From Candidatus Aminicenantes bacterium (GTDB lineage: Bacteria; Acidobacteriota; Aminicenantia; Aminicenantales; UBA8522): 64,000 nucleotides of DNA. The stretch lies in NCBI GenBank assembly GCA_037444845.1, contig JBBILQ010000007.1:6067-70066 (forward strand), given 5' to 3'. Under the pieces are notes generated by a model. That model did not search any database and was not told the DNA's origin. It saw only the letters and a list, made by a program, of their open reading frames with translations. Below are positions 55,549-64,000 of this stretch, piece after piece (the first letter of the stretch is position 1; each line of letters opens with the position of its first letter). Both the position numbers and the translations under genes were made by a program.

Positions 55549-58500
55549 TCACGTCAGAGATTCAATTTCTTTGAGCTTAATGGCCAGGCGCTTAGGGGAT
55601 ACGGGCACCGAGGTTTTAAGCTCCGGCGCGAAAAGAGAAACCTTGAATTCCTCGACCAGCCAGCCGAACTCCTCGATGGCTGCTTTCTTTTCAGGTGAGG
55701 CCGCTTGCGACGTTTTCTTTTTCAAACGCTCGATAGCCTTGATGTACGGTCTAACCTGCTCCGCCTTACGACGATCCTTTTCCAGGTCGATCCTGGCGCG
55801 TTCGGCCCGGATCTCGAGTGCTTTTAGAAAACGCGGCAGGTGGATGAGACGGTCGAGGGTGCAAATCTCCAGAAAATTCGGCGGCGCCAGGGTTTCGAGG
55901 CTTTTTCTCATTTCTTCGGCCAGCGCGGACACGGCGGGGCCGGTGCGTTGGCTCGCCGCGATCGAACCGATTGCCTCTCTGGTTTTCCGGTGCTGAGCGA
56001 GGATGGCGAAGGTCGTCTCACGGAGGAGATGGCTCTTCTCGAAGAGGCCGCGAAGCACGGTCTCGGAATAGGTTTCGATCTCCTGCGGGCTGCGGAGGTC
56101 TCTCTGGAAAACTTCCTTCCTGATCGTTTCAAACATTCCCTTTTCGACGGCTCCTTTGCCGCCGAAAAACAGGGCTGCTTTCTCGTATTCCTCAAACAGG
56201 TTAAGATACCGGCGCAGGAACTCCAGGTCCTTGGCGAACCTCGCCTCTAACAGCGCCGCGACCCCCCTGACGTGACATGATAGAGCTTCTTCTTTTGTCC
56301 TGAAGAGACTGACGTTGACACCCTTTTCTGTTGCTTCAAGAGCTGGATAAGCGAGCATGAACGGTCCGACCTGGACGCTCTCCGGAAGGGGCTGGAAATT
56401 CGACGCGGTCACGCTTCCTTTTTCCCATGCGGCGCGGGCTTTTTGCCATTCAGGGGAATCCTCGGGAACAAACGGTGTTGAACTTTCCCGGCGCAACAAG
56501 TGCAGGTTTCGGCTGGCCGCCACTTCGCGGCCCCGGTCGTCAACGACCGCCAGCCGAATTTTCAAGTGAGCAGGAACCTCAGCCCTGGCCCATTCGGTCG
56601 CGGGAATGTCCACCTGGAACTTCTTCTTGACGAAGTTGGCTAATGTTTCATAAAGAGAAAGGTCGGTTCTTTTCATCTCGCGGACGATGATGTCAACCGT
56701 GTCGGAAATGGGCATGAGTCGCTTCCGGCAATTCTTGGGAAGCCCTCTGATGAGCGCCGCAATTTTTTCCCGGAAATATCCGGGCACGGCCCAGTCCAAG
56801 GTTGTCGCCGGAATAGTGGAAAGGCCAGAATAGGGAATACGGAGCGTCGCTCCGTCGTCGGCGTCGCCGGGCGCGAACCTGTAAGATAGCTGGAAGCTGC
56901 GTTCCCCGATGGCAAGCTCATCCGGATAGCCGGCGAGCTCCTCCTCGTCGGGAAAGTCAACGAGAAGGTCCTTTTCGTCGAGTCTCAAGAAAGAATCGCT
57001 CTTTGCTTGTTTGAGACGGTTTTCGAGCCCGCGGAGGTCGAAGATTCCGGACAAACGCCGGGAGTAAAAGTCGGCGATGGTCTGCTCGTCCACCATGATG
57101 TTTCGGCGCCTCAGCTTATCCTCCATCTTGAGGATTTTCTCCTGCAAGGCGAGATTGTGCTGGAGAAAGGAGGGCGGATCCTTGATTTGTCCCTCGAGCA
57201 GAGCGTCGTTGACAAAAATTTTGTGGGCTTCCTCCGGGTTTTTTGGGCCGTAGGCCACGTCGCGGCCGGAGACAATCTCGAGGCCATGGAGAGTTACGCG
57301 TTCTTTAGCCCGGACCTCGCCGCGGTCTTTATCCCAGCGGGGCTCTGAATAAGAATACCGGCACTGGCCGCCGGCCAGGTTTTCCAGCCAGTCGGGATCG
57401 ATCCTTGCGGCCGTGCGGGCGTACAACCTCGATGTTCGGACCATCTCGGCCGCGACGATCCAAGGACGGGATTTATTGAACAACGACGAACCGGGGAAGA
57501 TCATGACCTCCCGGCCTTTCGCGGCCTGGTAGATGTTTTTCTCCTTGTGGACGGCGATGTTGGAAAGGAAACCGCTCAGGATGGCCCGGTGGATTCCGGC
57601 GTAGAGCGCCGGCGACATTTCAACTTTGTGCGTGCGCCCGGGAGGAATCTTCTGTTCCCTCAGGATGAGGATGATCTGGTCATGGACAAAAGCCCACTCC
57701 CGCATCCGGGCGAAAGACAGAAAATGGTCACGGCAGAATTTCTTCCGCCGGCTTTGAGAGCTCAGGTTCTCTTCAGCGCTGTGGTAGCTGTCCCAGATGT
57801 TGAGGAAGACAAAGAAGTCAGAGTCAGGATGAGAGAAGGCAGCCTGGGCCTGGTCGGCCTGTCTTTCTTTTTCCGGAGGCCTTTCCCGCGGGTCGCGGAT
57901 GCTCAGGGCTGAAGCGATGACAGCCACCTCCCGGAGGCAGCCTTCCTCAACCGCCTCGAGGAGCATCCGGGAGATTCGCGGGTCGAGGGGCATGGCGGCC
58001 ATCCGGCGGCCGAGGTCGGTCAGCTCGTAATTACGGGCCCGGCCGGTTATGGCTCCGAGCTCAAGGAGCGTCTCGTAGCCGTCCTTGACGGCCTTGGGCA
58101 GAGGTCGATCCACGAAAGGAAATTCTTGTGGATGACCGAGGTCGAGATAGATCATCCGCAGGATGACTTCGGCCAGGTTGGAACGAAGAATCTCGGGCGG
58201 GGTGAAGACCGGCCGGGCTTCGTAATTCTCTTCCGAGTAAAGACGGATGCAGAGGCCCTCCTGGACGCGACCGCAGCGACCTTTGCGCTGATCAGCGCTG
58301 GCTTTTGAAATCTGGCTGATGGGCAAGCTGTTGATGCGGCTTCCGGGCTGATACTGCGAGATTCGAGCCAGACCCGTGTCGATGACATACTTGATACCCG
58401 GAATGGTGAGGGACGTTTCGGCGACGTTAGTGGCCACGACGATTTTCGGCCCGCTCACGGAATAGACCCGTCCCTGCTGGGAGGCCGGGAGCCTGGCGTA

Positions 58501-59523
58501 GAGAGGGAGGATGGTCGTGGCAGCGTAGCTTTTCCCTTCGAGCCGATCGCACGTCTCCAGGATGTCCTGCTCGGTCGGCATGAAGATGAGCATGTCTCCG
58601 CGCGAATGGCTTGATCTGAGACGGGCGACGGCCTCGACGGCCAGGTCGATATAATCGGCTTCATCGGGGTCGTTGGAGAAAGTCTCAGCAGGCATATACT
58701 CGACATGGACCGGATACAGTCGGCCGCCGACTTGGATAACGGGAGCGTCGCCGAAGGCCTGGGAGAACTTTTCTGTGTCCAGCGTGGCCGAAGTGATGAT
58801 GATTTTGAGCTCCGACCGCGAAGCCAGGACGGTCTTGACGATGCCTAACAGAAAATCGATGTTAAGGCTCCGTTCGTGGGCTTCGTCGATGATAAGTGTG
58901 TCGTACTCGTAGAGGCTGCGGTCTGATTGGGTTTCAGCCAGGAGCATGCCATCGGTCAGGATCTTGATGTAGGCCTCGGGCGGAGATTTGTCGTCGAAGC
59001 GGATTTTGTACCCGACAGAGCGACCCAGAGTCTCACCCATCTCTTCGGCGATGCGGTGGGCGATTGTGACAGCGGCGATCCGGCGGGGCTGGGTGCAGCC
59101 GATCCTGCCGGCGACCCCTCGGCCGGCCTCAAGGCACATCTTGGGAAGCTGGGTGCTCTTTCCGCAGCCGGTCTCTCCGGAGATGATGACGACCGGGTGG
59201 CGGTTGATAAGCTTGACGATTTCTCGAGCTTTCGCTGTGATGGGAAGAGCCGGCGGGTAGTGGACGACAGGCTTTCGCCTGAGACGCTCTTCTCTCTCCC
59301 TGACAGACTGCTCGAGTCCGCTTTCAAGAGCGCTGATCTCGCCTAACAGCCATCTCGGTAGCTGAGGCCCGGGTTGGCGGACTTCAGCCCGGCTTCTCTG
59401 GAGAATGCGGCGGAGCTTCTGACTTGCCCGCTCGCGATCTTTGAGCATGGCCAGGGGCAGGAGGCTCCGGATTCTGGCGAGAAGCGCAACGGACTGATTC
59501 TCCTCCTGGTTGGCTTTGCTCAT
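55549..59523 (-). CDS. hrpA: ATP-dependent RNA helicase HrpA (start 59523 or GTG 59535)
   Basis: GETGCGKST, TQPRRIAA, DEAHERS, SAT, QRKGRCGR and C-terminal EEFKVSLFAPEL. Confidence 0.95.
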   Translation of the reverse strand: MSKANQEENQSVALLARIRSLLPLAMLKDRERASQKLRRILQRSRAEVRQPGPQLPRWLLGEISALESGLEQSVREREERLRRKPVVHYPPALPITAKAREIVKLINRHPVVIISGETGCGKSTQLPKMCLEAGRGVAGRIGCTQPRRIAAVTIAHRIAEEMGETLGRSVGYKIRFDDKSPPEAYIKILTDGMLLAETQSDRSLYEYDTLIIDEAHERSLNIDFLLGIVKTVLASRSELKIIITSATLDTEKFSQAFGDAPVIQVGGRLYPVHVEYMPAETFSNDPDEADYIDLAVEAVARLRSSHSRGDMLIFMPTEQDILETCDRLEGKSYAATTILPLYARLPASQQGRVYSVSGPKIVVATNVAETSLTIPGIKYVIDTGLARISQYQPGSRINSLPISQISKASADQRKGRCGRVQEGLCIRLYSEENYEARPVFTPPEILRSNLAEVILRMIYLDLGHPQEFPFVDRPLPKAVKDGYETLLELGAITGRARNYELTDLGRRMAAMPLDPRISRMLLEAVEEGCLREVAVIASALSIRDPRERPPEKERQADQAQAAFSHPDSDFFVFLNIWDSYHSAEENLSSQSRRKKFCRDHFLSFARMREWAFVHDQIILILREQKIPPGRTHKVEMSPALYAGIHRAILSGFLSNIAVHKEKNIYQAAKGREVMIFPGSSLFNKSRPWIVAAEMVRTSRLYARTAARIDPDWLENLAGGQCRYSYSEPRWDKDRGEVRAKERVTLHGLEIVSGRDVAYGPKNPEEAHKIFVNDALLEGQIKDPPSFLQHNLALQEKILKMEDKLRRRNIMVDEQTIADFYSRRLSGIFDLRGLENRLKQAKSDSFLRLDEKDLLVDFPDEEELAGYPDELAIGERSFQLSYRFAPGDADDGATLRIPYSGLSTIPATTLDWAVPGYFREKIAALIRGLPKNCRKRLMPISDTVDIIVREMKRTDLSLYETLANFVKKKFQVDIPATEWARAEVPAHLKIRLAVVDDRGREVAASRNLHLLRRESSTPFVPEDSPEWQKARAAWEKGSVTASNFQPLPESVQVGPFMLAYPALEATEKGVNVSLFRTKEEALSCHVRGVAALLEARFAKDLEFLRRYLNLFEEYEKAALFFGGKGAVEKGMFETIRKEVFQRDLRSPQEIETYSETVLRGLFEKSHLLRETTFAILAQHRKTREAIGSIAASQRTGPAVSALAEEMRKSLETLAPPNFLEICTLDRLIHLPRFLKALEIRAERARIDLEKDRRKAEQVRPYIKAIERLKKKTSQAASPEKKAAIEEFGWLVEEFKVSLFAPELKTSVPVSPKRLAIKLKEIESLT

Positions 59524-59701
59524 GACCTTCGTCACGCTATTATACCATCCCTTTCCTTTTGTTTCTTAACCTCTCCTTCCCCTCTTGAGCAATAAAGAGG
59601 GGGCAAAAACCGGCAAGCGTCTCTGGCGCAGGCCGGGCCCCTTTCTTGATGGGTGCGGAGCGAGGACGGACGGGGAAGCGCCGTGACAGGACCCGTTCAA
59701 A

Positions 59702-59731
59702 TTGACACCCGAAGCGAAAGGAAGATATAAT
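59702..59731 (+). promoter_or_regulatory. Consensus sigma70 promoter of the surface-glycan cluster
   Basis: TTGACA-18 bp-TATAAT, 27 nt before ATG 59758. Confidence 0.65.
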
Positions 59732-59757
59732 TCCGAGCCGCGAGCTCATACCTTCAG

Positions 59758-60219
59758 ATGATAAGGGTATCGAGGAAGAAAGCCTGGGTCATTGGCATTC
59801 TCCTGTTTTTTGGCTTTCTTATCATTGGAATATATTGCCTCAGGAAGGAATCCTACCAGCTCAATAAAAATGTCCGCCTGGTCTGGATGCGCGTCCTGAC
59901 CTATAGAGAGCTTTCCCTCCATCGAGGCTGCGCGTACCGGATTCAGTTTAACAAAGGAAAGTACCAGGTGTCTGTCCTCCATCATGGTCCGGAGGGAAAA
60001 TGGCGGGATTATCTGAGTTTCCCCTATGTCGATGATATCGAGGTGGCGACGCCGGGGTTTACCGTCGTCTTCGACCGCGGCAACCTCGTCTCCTATTATA
60101 TCGGGAAAAAAACCGGGAAGCTCAGGGCCTCTCTCACCCTGTATTTTTTTCATTATAAAAATCCCGACCGTCGCCGAGGCATCCAGTTTATGCAAACCGG
60201 GGGATGGAAAGCGCTGTAG
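59758..60219 (+). CDS. Hypothetical single-TM protein (FimT/GspH-like body possible)
   Basis: N-terminal TM helix, then helix and beta strands (VVFDRG); no prepilin cleavage motif. Confidence 0.55.
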   Translation: MIRVSRKKAWVIGILLFFGFLIIGIYCLRKESYQLNKNVRLVWMRVLTYRELSLHRGCAYRIQFNKGKYQVSVLHHGPEGKWRDYLSFPYVDDIEVATPGFTVVFDRGNLVSYYIGKKTGKLRASLTLYFFHYKNPDRRRGIQFMQTGGWKAL

Positions 60220-60233
60220 GGAAGCGGTGGAGG

Positions 60234-61622
60234 ATGGGAAAAAGGCGCGGCACCAGATTTTTTAAAGACAAAATATGGCCCCTTATCCGCCGGCGTTGGC
60301 CTCTTTTAGTTTTTCTGGCATCCTCTCTCATCCTGAGGGTTTTTATTTTTCCAGGCATCGTCCCCCGGGCTCACATCGATTCCGTCACCTATCTCGTTTT
60401 TTCGGACCTGAACCCGGCCCGGACACCGGGGTATCCAGTTTTCATTGAAATCATCCAATTTTTTAATGACGTTTTTTCGATCACGCCCTTTTATCTCCAT
60501 GCGATCGTCTCTGTCCAGATGTTTTTCCTCGGGATGATCAACTGCTATTTGATTTATGCTCTCTCGAAAATTCTCACGAGGAGCGAAGCGTTCGCCGTGT
60601 TCATGGGATTGATCTATAACCTTGATTATTTCGTCGTCGGGTTCGAGTTTCTCATCCTGACCGAAACGCTCAGCTTGACTCTTTTAGGGTTGACGCTTCT
60701 GTTTTACCAGAAGATCTTTACGGGGAAAAAATCGGCTCCTTATCTGGCTGGGTTTTTTTCCGTCTGTTTGGTGCTGACGCGGCCAAGCTTCGCTGTCCTC
60801 TTTGTCTGCCTTGTGGGAATAACCGGGCTCGTTCATTTCCGCCCGAAAGACAGAAGGATCAGGCTCAAACGATTAGCCGGGCCCCTGGCGATTTTCTTTC
60901 TAATCAACGTCGCCGGCATTCTTTCCTGGTCCTGGCGGAATAAAGTTAAGCATGATTATTTCGGCCCGTCCACGCTCTTGCCTTTCCAGCTGGGCTATTT
61001 CACGCAGTATTTTTACTGGAAGTACAAAATGGGGAGCGACGCGGAGCTGGATCCGTATGCAGCCATTCTCATCCAGGAAAAAGGCCAGCCTTTTCGGACG
61101 GCCTGGCGCTTTATCGAGGACTTGAAAATGTCGGATGCCGAGATCGCGCGGATTCTCTTCCGGCTCAACCTCAGGTTGATCAAAGAAAACCCCATGGATT
61201 ACCTGCGGTTGCTGCCCCGGGCAGCTTTAGATTATTACGGTTTCTCTTGGTACTGGACAGAGCTTCACAGCGGGAAGGTTTTCGGGCGCGCCAAATTCTT
61301 GGTAAAGCCATGGCTCTTCTTTTTTCACCTCTACAACTGGGTTTATCACCATCTTTTGGCTCTCCTCACTTTTGTCCTGATTGCTCCCGCTCTCTTCATC
61401 CTGGCAAGCCGAAAAAAGGAGGATGTTTTCCATCTCGCCTGTCTCATCGAAGGGGCGATTCATTATAATTTTCTCATTTCCGTTTTTTTCACTCCTGGCG
61501 GGGCAAACAACCTCAGGTACCGGCTTCCGGTCGAGCCCTATATTGTTCTTGTTTTCTTCGCCGCCCTTTTTCTCCTCGGCCGGGCCCTGTGGCGGCTCAT
61601 TCGCAAGCCACTGGCGGCCTGA
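60234..61622 (+). CDS. GT-C (ArnT/PMT-like) multi-TM glycosyltransferase
   Basis: DSVTY, RTPGYP, ILTETL, LTRP and RYRLP. Confidence 0.7.
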   Translation: MGKRRGTRFFKDKIWPLIRRRWPLLVFLASSLILRVFIFPGIVPRAHIDSVTYLVFSDLNPARTPGYPVFIEIIQFFNDVFSITPFYLHAIVSVQMFFLGMINCYLIYALSKILTRSEAFAVFMGLIYNLDYFVVGFEFLILTETLSLTLLGLTLLFYQKIFTGKKSAPYLAGFFSVCLVLTRPSFAVLFVCLVGITGLVHFRPKDRRIRLKRLAGPLAIFFLINVAGILSWSWRNKVKHDYFGPSTLLPFQLGYFTQYFYWKYKMGSDAELDPYAAILIQEKGQPFRTAWRFIEDLKMSDAEIARILFRLNLRLIKENPMDYLRLLPRAALDYYGFSWYWTELHSGKVFGRAKFLVKPWLFFFHLYNWVYHHLLALLTFVLIAPALFILASRKKEDVFHLACLIEGAIHYNFLISVFFTPGGANNLRYRLPVEPYIVLVFFAALFLLGRALWRLIRKPLAA

Positions 61623-61757
61623 AATAAGACGCCGCTGCTGACCGCCAGGTCGAAATGAACACGCTCAGGATCCGGCTCGTCACAGAAGCAGAGATGCAAC
61701 CTCAAGGAGGCGAGGGCTGGAATTTTTTTGCCTTTCAGAATATCATAGGTAACCTTT

Positions 61758-63194
61758 ATGACAAAACCCGGATATCGTTTTTTGATCATCGGCGCTGGCG
61801 TCAGCGGTTTGACGACCGCCCACGCACTCAGCAGGGAATTTCCGGGTGAAGTTCTGGCCCTGGAAAAGGAGTTAGAAGTCGGCGGTCTATTAAGGACGAT
61901 CCAGAGAAACAGCGCCCGTTACGATCTCGGTTCTCACAGGATTCATAAAGCACCTTCCGAGCCAGCTTTCCGGCTCATCCAGGAGGTCTGCCAGGACAGA
62001 CTCGTCAAAAATGAGCGCGGGGGCAAGCTTCGGCTCAAAAAATCCTATATTGACTACCCCATCACCTCATTCCAGATGTTCAGGGGGTTGGGGCTTCTCG
62101 AGTCAGCGCTCTGTGCCGTGTCTCTTCTCCGGCATCGGTTGGTTGCCCGTCTGAAAGACAAATCCAGCCTCAGGGAAAACGATAATTACGAGAGTTACCT
62201 TATTCGAAGGGCTGGGCAAAGAGCATACGGTCTGTTTTATGAGCCGTATGCAAGGAAAGTCTGGGGAGGCGAGCCGTCGCAGATTTCGACGACCGCCGTA
62301 AAAAAGCGGATCTCCATGCTCAGCCCTACTCTTTTTCTTAAAGACATGGTCGGCCATTATACCGGCCGGTCGAAAAACAACTTTTACTATTACCTCAAAG
62401 GCGGTATCAGCGGGCTGGTGGAGTCGCTGGCGCAACGAGTCCGGGAAAACGGCGGCGAAATCGTGACCGGCGTGGGTGATTTTTCTCTCAGCATTGAGCA
62501 CGGAACAAAGGAGTGCCGGTTCAGGGCTGATGGTCCGCAAACGGTGAGGTTCGACACCTTGATCTCGACGATTCCTCTCGATGAGTTGTTGATGAAGCTC
62601 GCTCCCCCCGAGCATATTCTCCAGCAGATCAAAGACATCAAATGGCGGGGGTTGAGGCTCGTTTTTCTCCATGTCCAGGGCGAGCCGTTGCTTGACGGCG
62701 AGTCGTTTTATTTTCCGGAACAGAAATACGTTTTCGGGCGTGTTTCTGTTCCCAAGCGGTTTGACTCGGCCATGCAGCCCGAAACCGGTGAAACGGCGAT
62801 CACCTGCGAAGTCCCCTGCTCTGAGAATGACGAGCTCTGGACCGCTCCAGATGAAAAGGTGTTTGACCTGTGTCTGGCGAGCCTCCGCCGGGCAGCGCTC
62901 GTAACAGAGCGGCAAAGGGCGCTGAAGGAAAAAAGCTTCATCATCAGCCTTCCCAAAGTCTACCCTGTTTACAGTGTCGGCTGGGAAGCGCTTGTCAAGG
63001 GCCTTCTCTTGTATTCGGCCCGCCGTTTTCCCTCCGTTTACTTCAGCGGGAAGCCCGGTTTGTTCCTTCATAACAATATCGACCAGAGCATGGAGATCGG
63101 GCTTTCGCTGGCCGAGGATATTCTTCGCGGAAAAACTCCTCAGGAATGGTTAACCAAGCTGGATATATTCTACAACATGAAGCTGCGGGATTAA
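61758..63194 (+). CDS. FAD-dependent oxidoreductase (HemY/UDP-galactopyranose mutase-like, glycan-cluster type)
   Basis: GAGVSG, GGL, DLGSHR, KVWG, YPVY and HNNIDQS. Confidence 0.8.
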   Translation: MTKPGYRFLIIGAGVSGLTTAHALSREFPGEVLALEKELEVGGLLRTIQRNSARYDLGSHRIHKAPSEPAFRLIQEVCQDRLVKNERGGKLRLKKSYIDYPITSFQMFRGLGLLESALCAVSLLRHRLVARLKDKSSLRENDNYESYLIRRAGQRAYGLFYEPYARKVWGGEPSQISTTAVKKRISMLSPTLFLKDMVGHYTGRSKNNFYYYLKGGISGLVESLAQRVRENGGEIVTGVGDFSLSIEHGTKECRFRADGPQTVRFDTLISTIPLDELLMKLAPPEHILQQIKDIKWRGLRLVFLHVQGEPLLDGESFYFPEQKYVFGRVSVPKRFDSAMQPETGETAITCEVPCSENDELWTAPDEKVFDLCLASLRRAALVTERQRALKEKSFIISLPKVYPVYSVGWEALVKGLLLYSARRFPSVYFSGKPGLFLHNNIDQSMEIGLSLAEDILRGKTPQEWLTKLDIFYNMKLRD

Positions 63195-63195
63195 C

Positions 63196-64000
63196 GTGTG
63201 CGGTTTTGTCGGGGTGTTAAACGGCGACCGGGAAAAACCGGCTGATGCCCGGGTCACCGGAAGACTCTCGGATTGTCTCAGGCACCGCGGCCCTGATGAT
63301 GCCGGTTCTTACGCGGACGGGCCTTATGCTGTCAGCCACCGAAGGCTGAACATCATCGACCTCACGGCCAGGGGCCGCCAGCCGATGCAGAACGCGGCCG
63401 GCACGATCTCGATCGCTTACAACGGCGAAGCCTACAATTTTCTCGAATTAAAAGAAAAGCATGCTCTGTCCCAACGATTTTCTTTCCGGTCGCGGACTGA
63501 CACCGAAGTGCTCCTTTATCTGTACGAACTCTTAGGCATCGATTTTGTTGACGAATTGAACGGCATGTTTGCCCTGGCCATCTGGGACGGCCGGAGAAAG
63601 AGCCTATATCTCATCCGCGACCGGTTCGGCATCAAGCCGCTTTTCTACGCCGTCAGCGACAATTCCGTCTGGTTTGCCTCGGAGATAAAAGCCATTGTTT
63701 CTTTACCCGGGTTTGAGAAAAAGCCCTGCCTGGAAGCCCTCCATCACTATTTCAGTTTTGATTATATTCCCGGAGAGATAACAGCCTTCGAAGGGATCAA
63801 AGAAGTGCGGCCCGGGCACTGGCTGGAGTTCCGTTCCGGAGCGACGCTTTCGACGGATGAGAAGCAGTACTGGAAGCCAAGATATGGGTCTGAAGTCCCC
63901 CGGGATGTCGGAGCGGCGGTCGAGCATATCCAGGAATTGCTCGAATCTTCGGTCAGGTCCCAGCTCATATCCGATGTGCCCATCGGCGTGATGCTGTCGG
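63196..64000 (+). CDS. asnB: Asparagine synthase (glutamine-hydrolysing)-like amidotransferase, partial
   Basis: GTG-CGFVG Ntn start, HRGPD, RRLNIID, QPM, NGE.YN, RDRFGIKPL, FASEIKA and SDVPIG; missing from the ORF track because it runs off the window. Confidence 0.9.
   Translation, partial: MCGFVGVLNGDREKPADARVTGRLSDCLRHRGPDDAGSYADGPYAVSHRRLNIIDLTARGRQPMQNAAGTISIAYNGEAYNFLELKEKHALSQRFSFRSRTDTEVLLYLYELLGIDFVDELNGMFALAIWDGRRKSLYLIRDRFGIKPLFYAVSDNSVWFASEIKAIVSLPGFEKKPCLEALHHYFSFDYIPGEITAFEGIKEVRPGHWLEFRSGATLSTDEKQYWKPRYGSEVPRDVGAAVEHIQELLESSVRSQLISDVPIGVMLS

Noticed and set aside
59758-60219. Type IV pilin
   Set aside because: No G|FxxxE prepilin motif and no pilus genes adjacent.

Overview
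Chromosomal window from a GC-rich (roughly 55-60% by eye) anaerobic-type bacterium. The gene styles (Ser/Thr kinase-TPR relics, 6-bladed propeller lipoprotein, IS91 tails, many Tat Gfo/Idh/MocA enzymes) suggest Candidatus Aminicenantes or a relative; this is inference. Housekeeping genes: thiolase-hbd, recA, SOD, corA, uvrA, hppA, hrpA, mntP and a partial asnB. Highlights: (1) a marR-hgcA-hgcB mercury-methylation operon with a palindromic operator; (2) an eight-gene operon joining Gfo/Idh/MocA sugar oxidoreductases and a TIM-barrel isomerase to a 7-heme OTR/MmcA-like cytochrome c, a cytochrome-b-like membrane protein, a signal-less ApbE, a discoidin protein and a GT-C glycosyltransferase; (3) three identical 154-bp MITEs with IS1380-like ends and 4-bp target duplications; (4) two diverged IS91/ISCR right ends carrying outward promoters, one in front of a kelch gene and one in front of hppA, each sitting among relics of disrupted genes; (5) an unassigned ~115-nt structured RNA between a promoter and a Gfo/DUF1080/ThuA cluster. 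No rRNA, tRNA or CRISPR array was seen. All product calls come from motif recognition by eye, not database searches.
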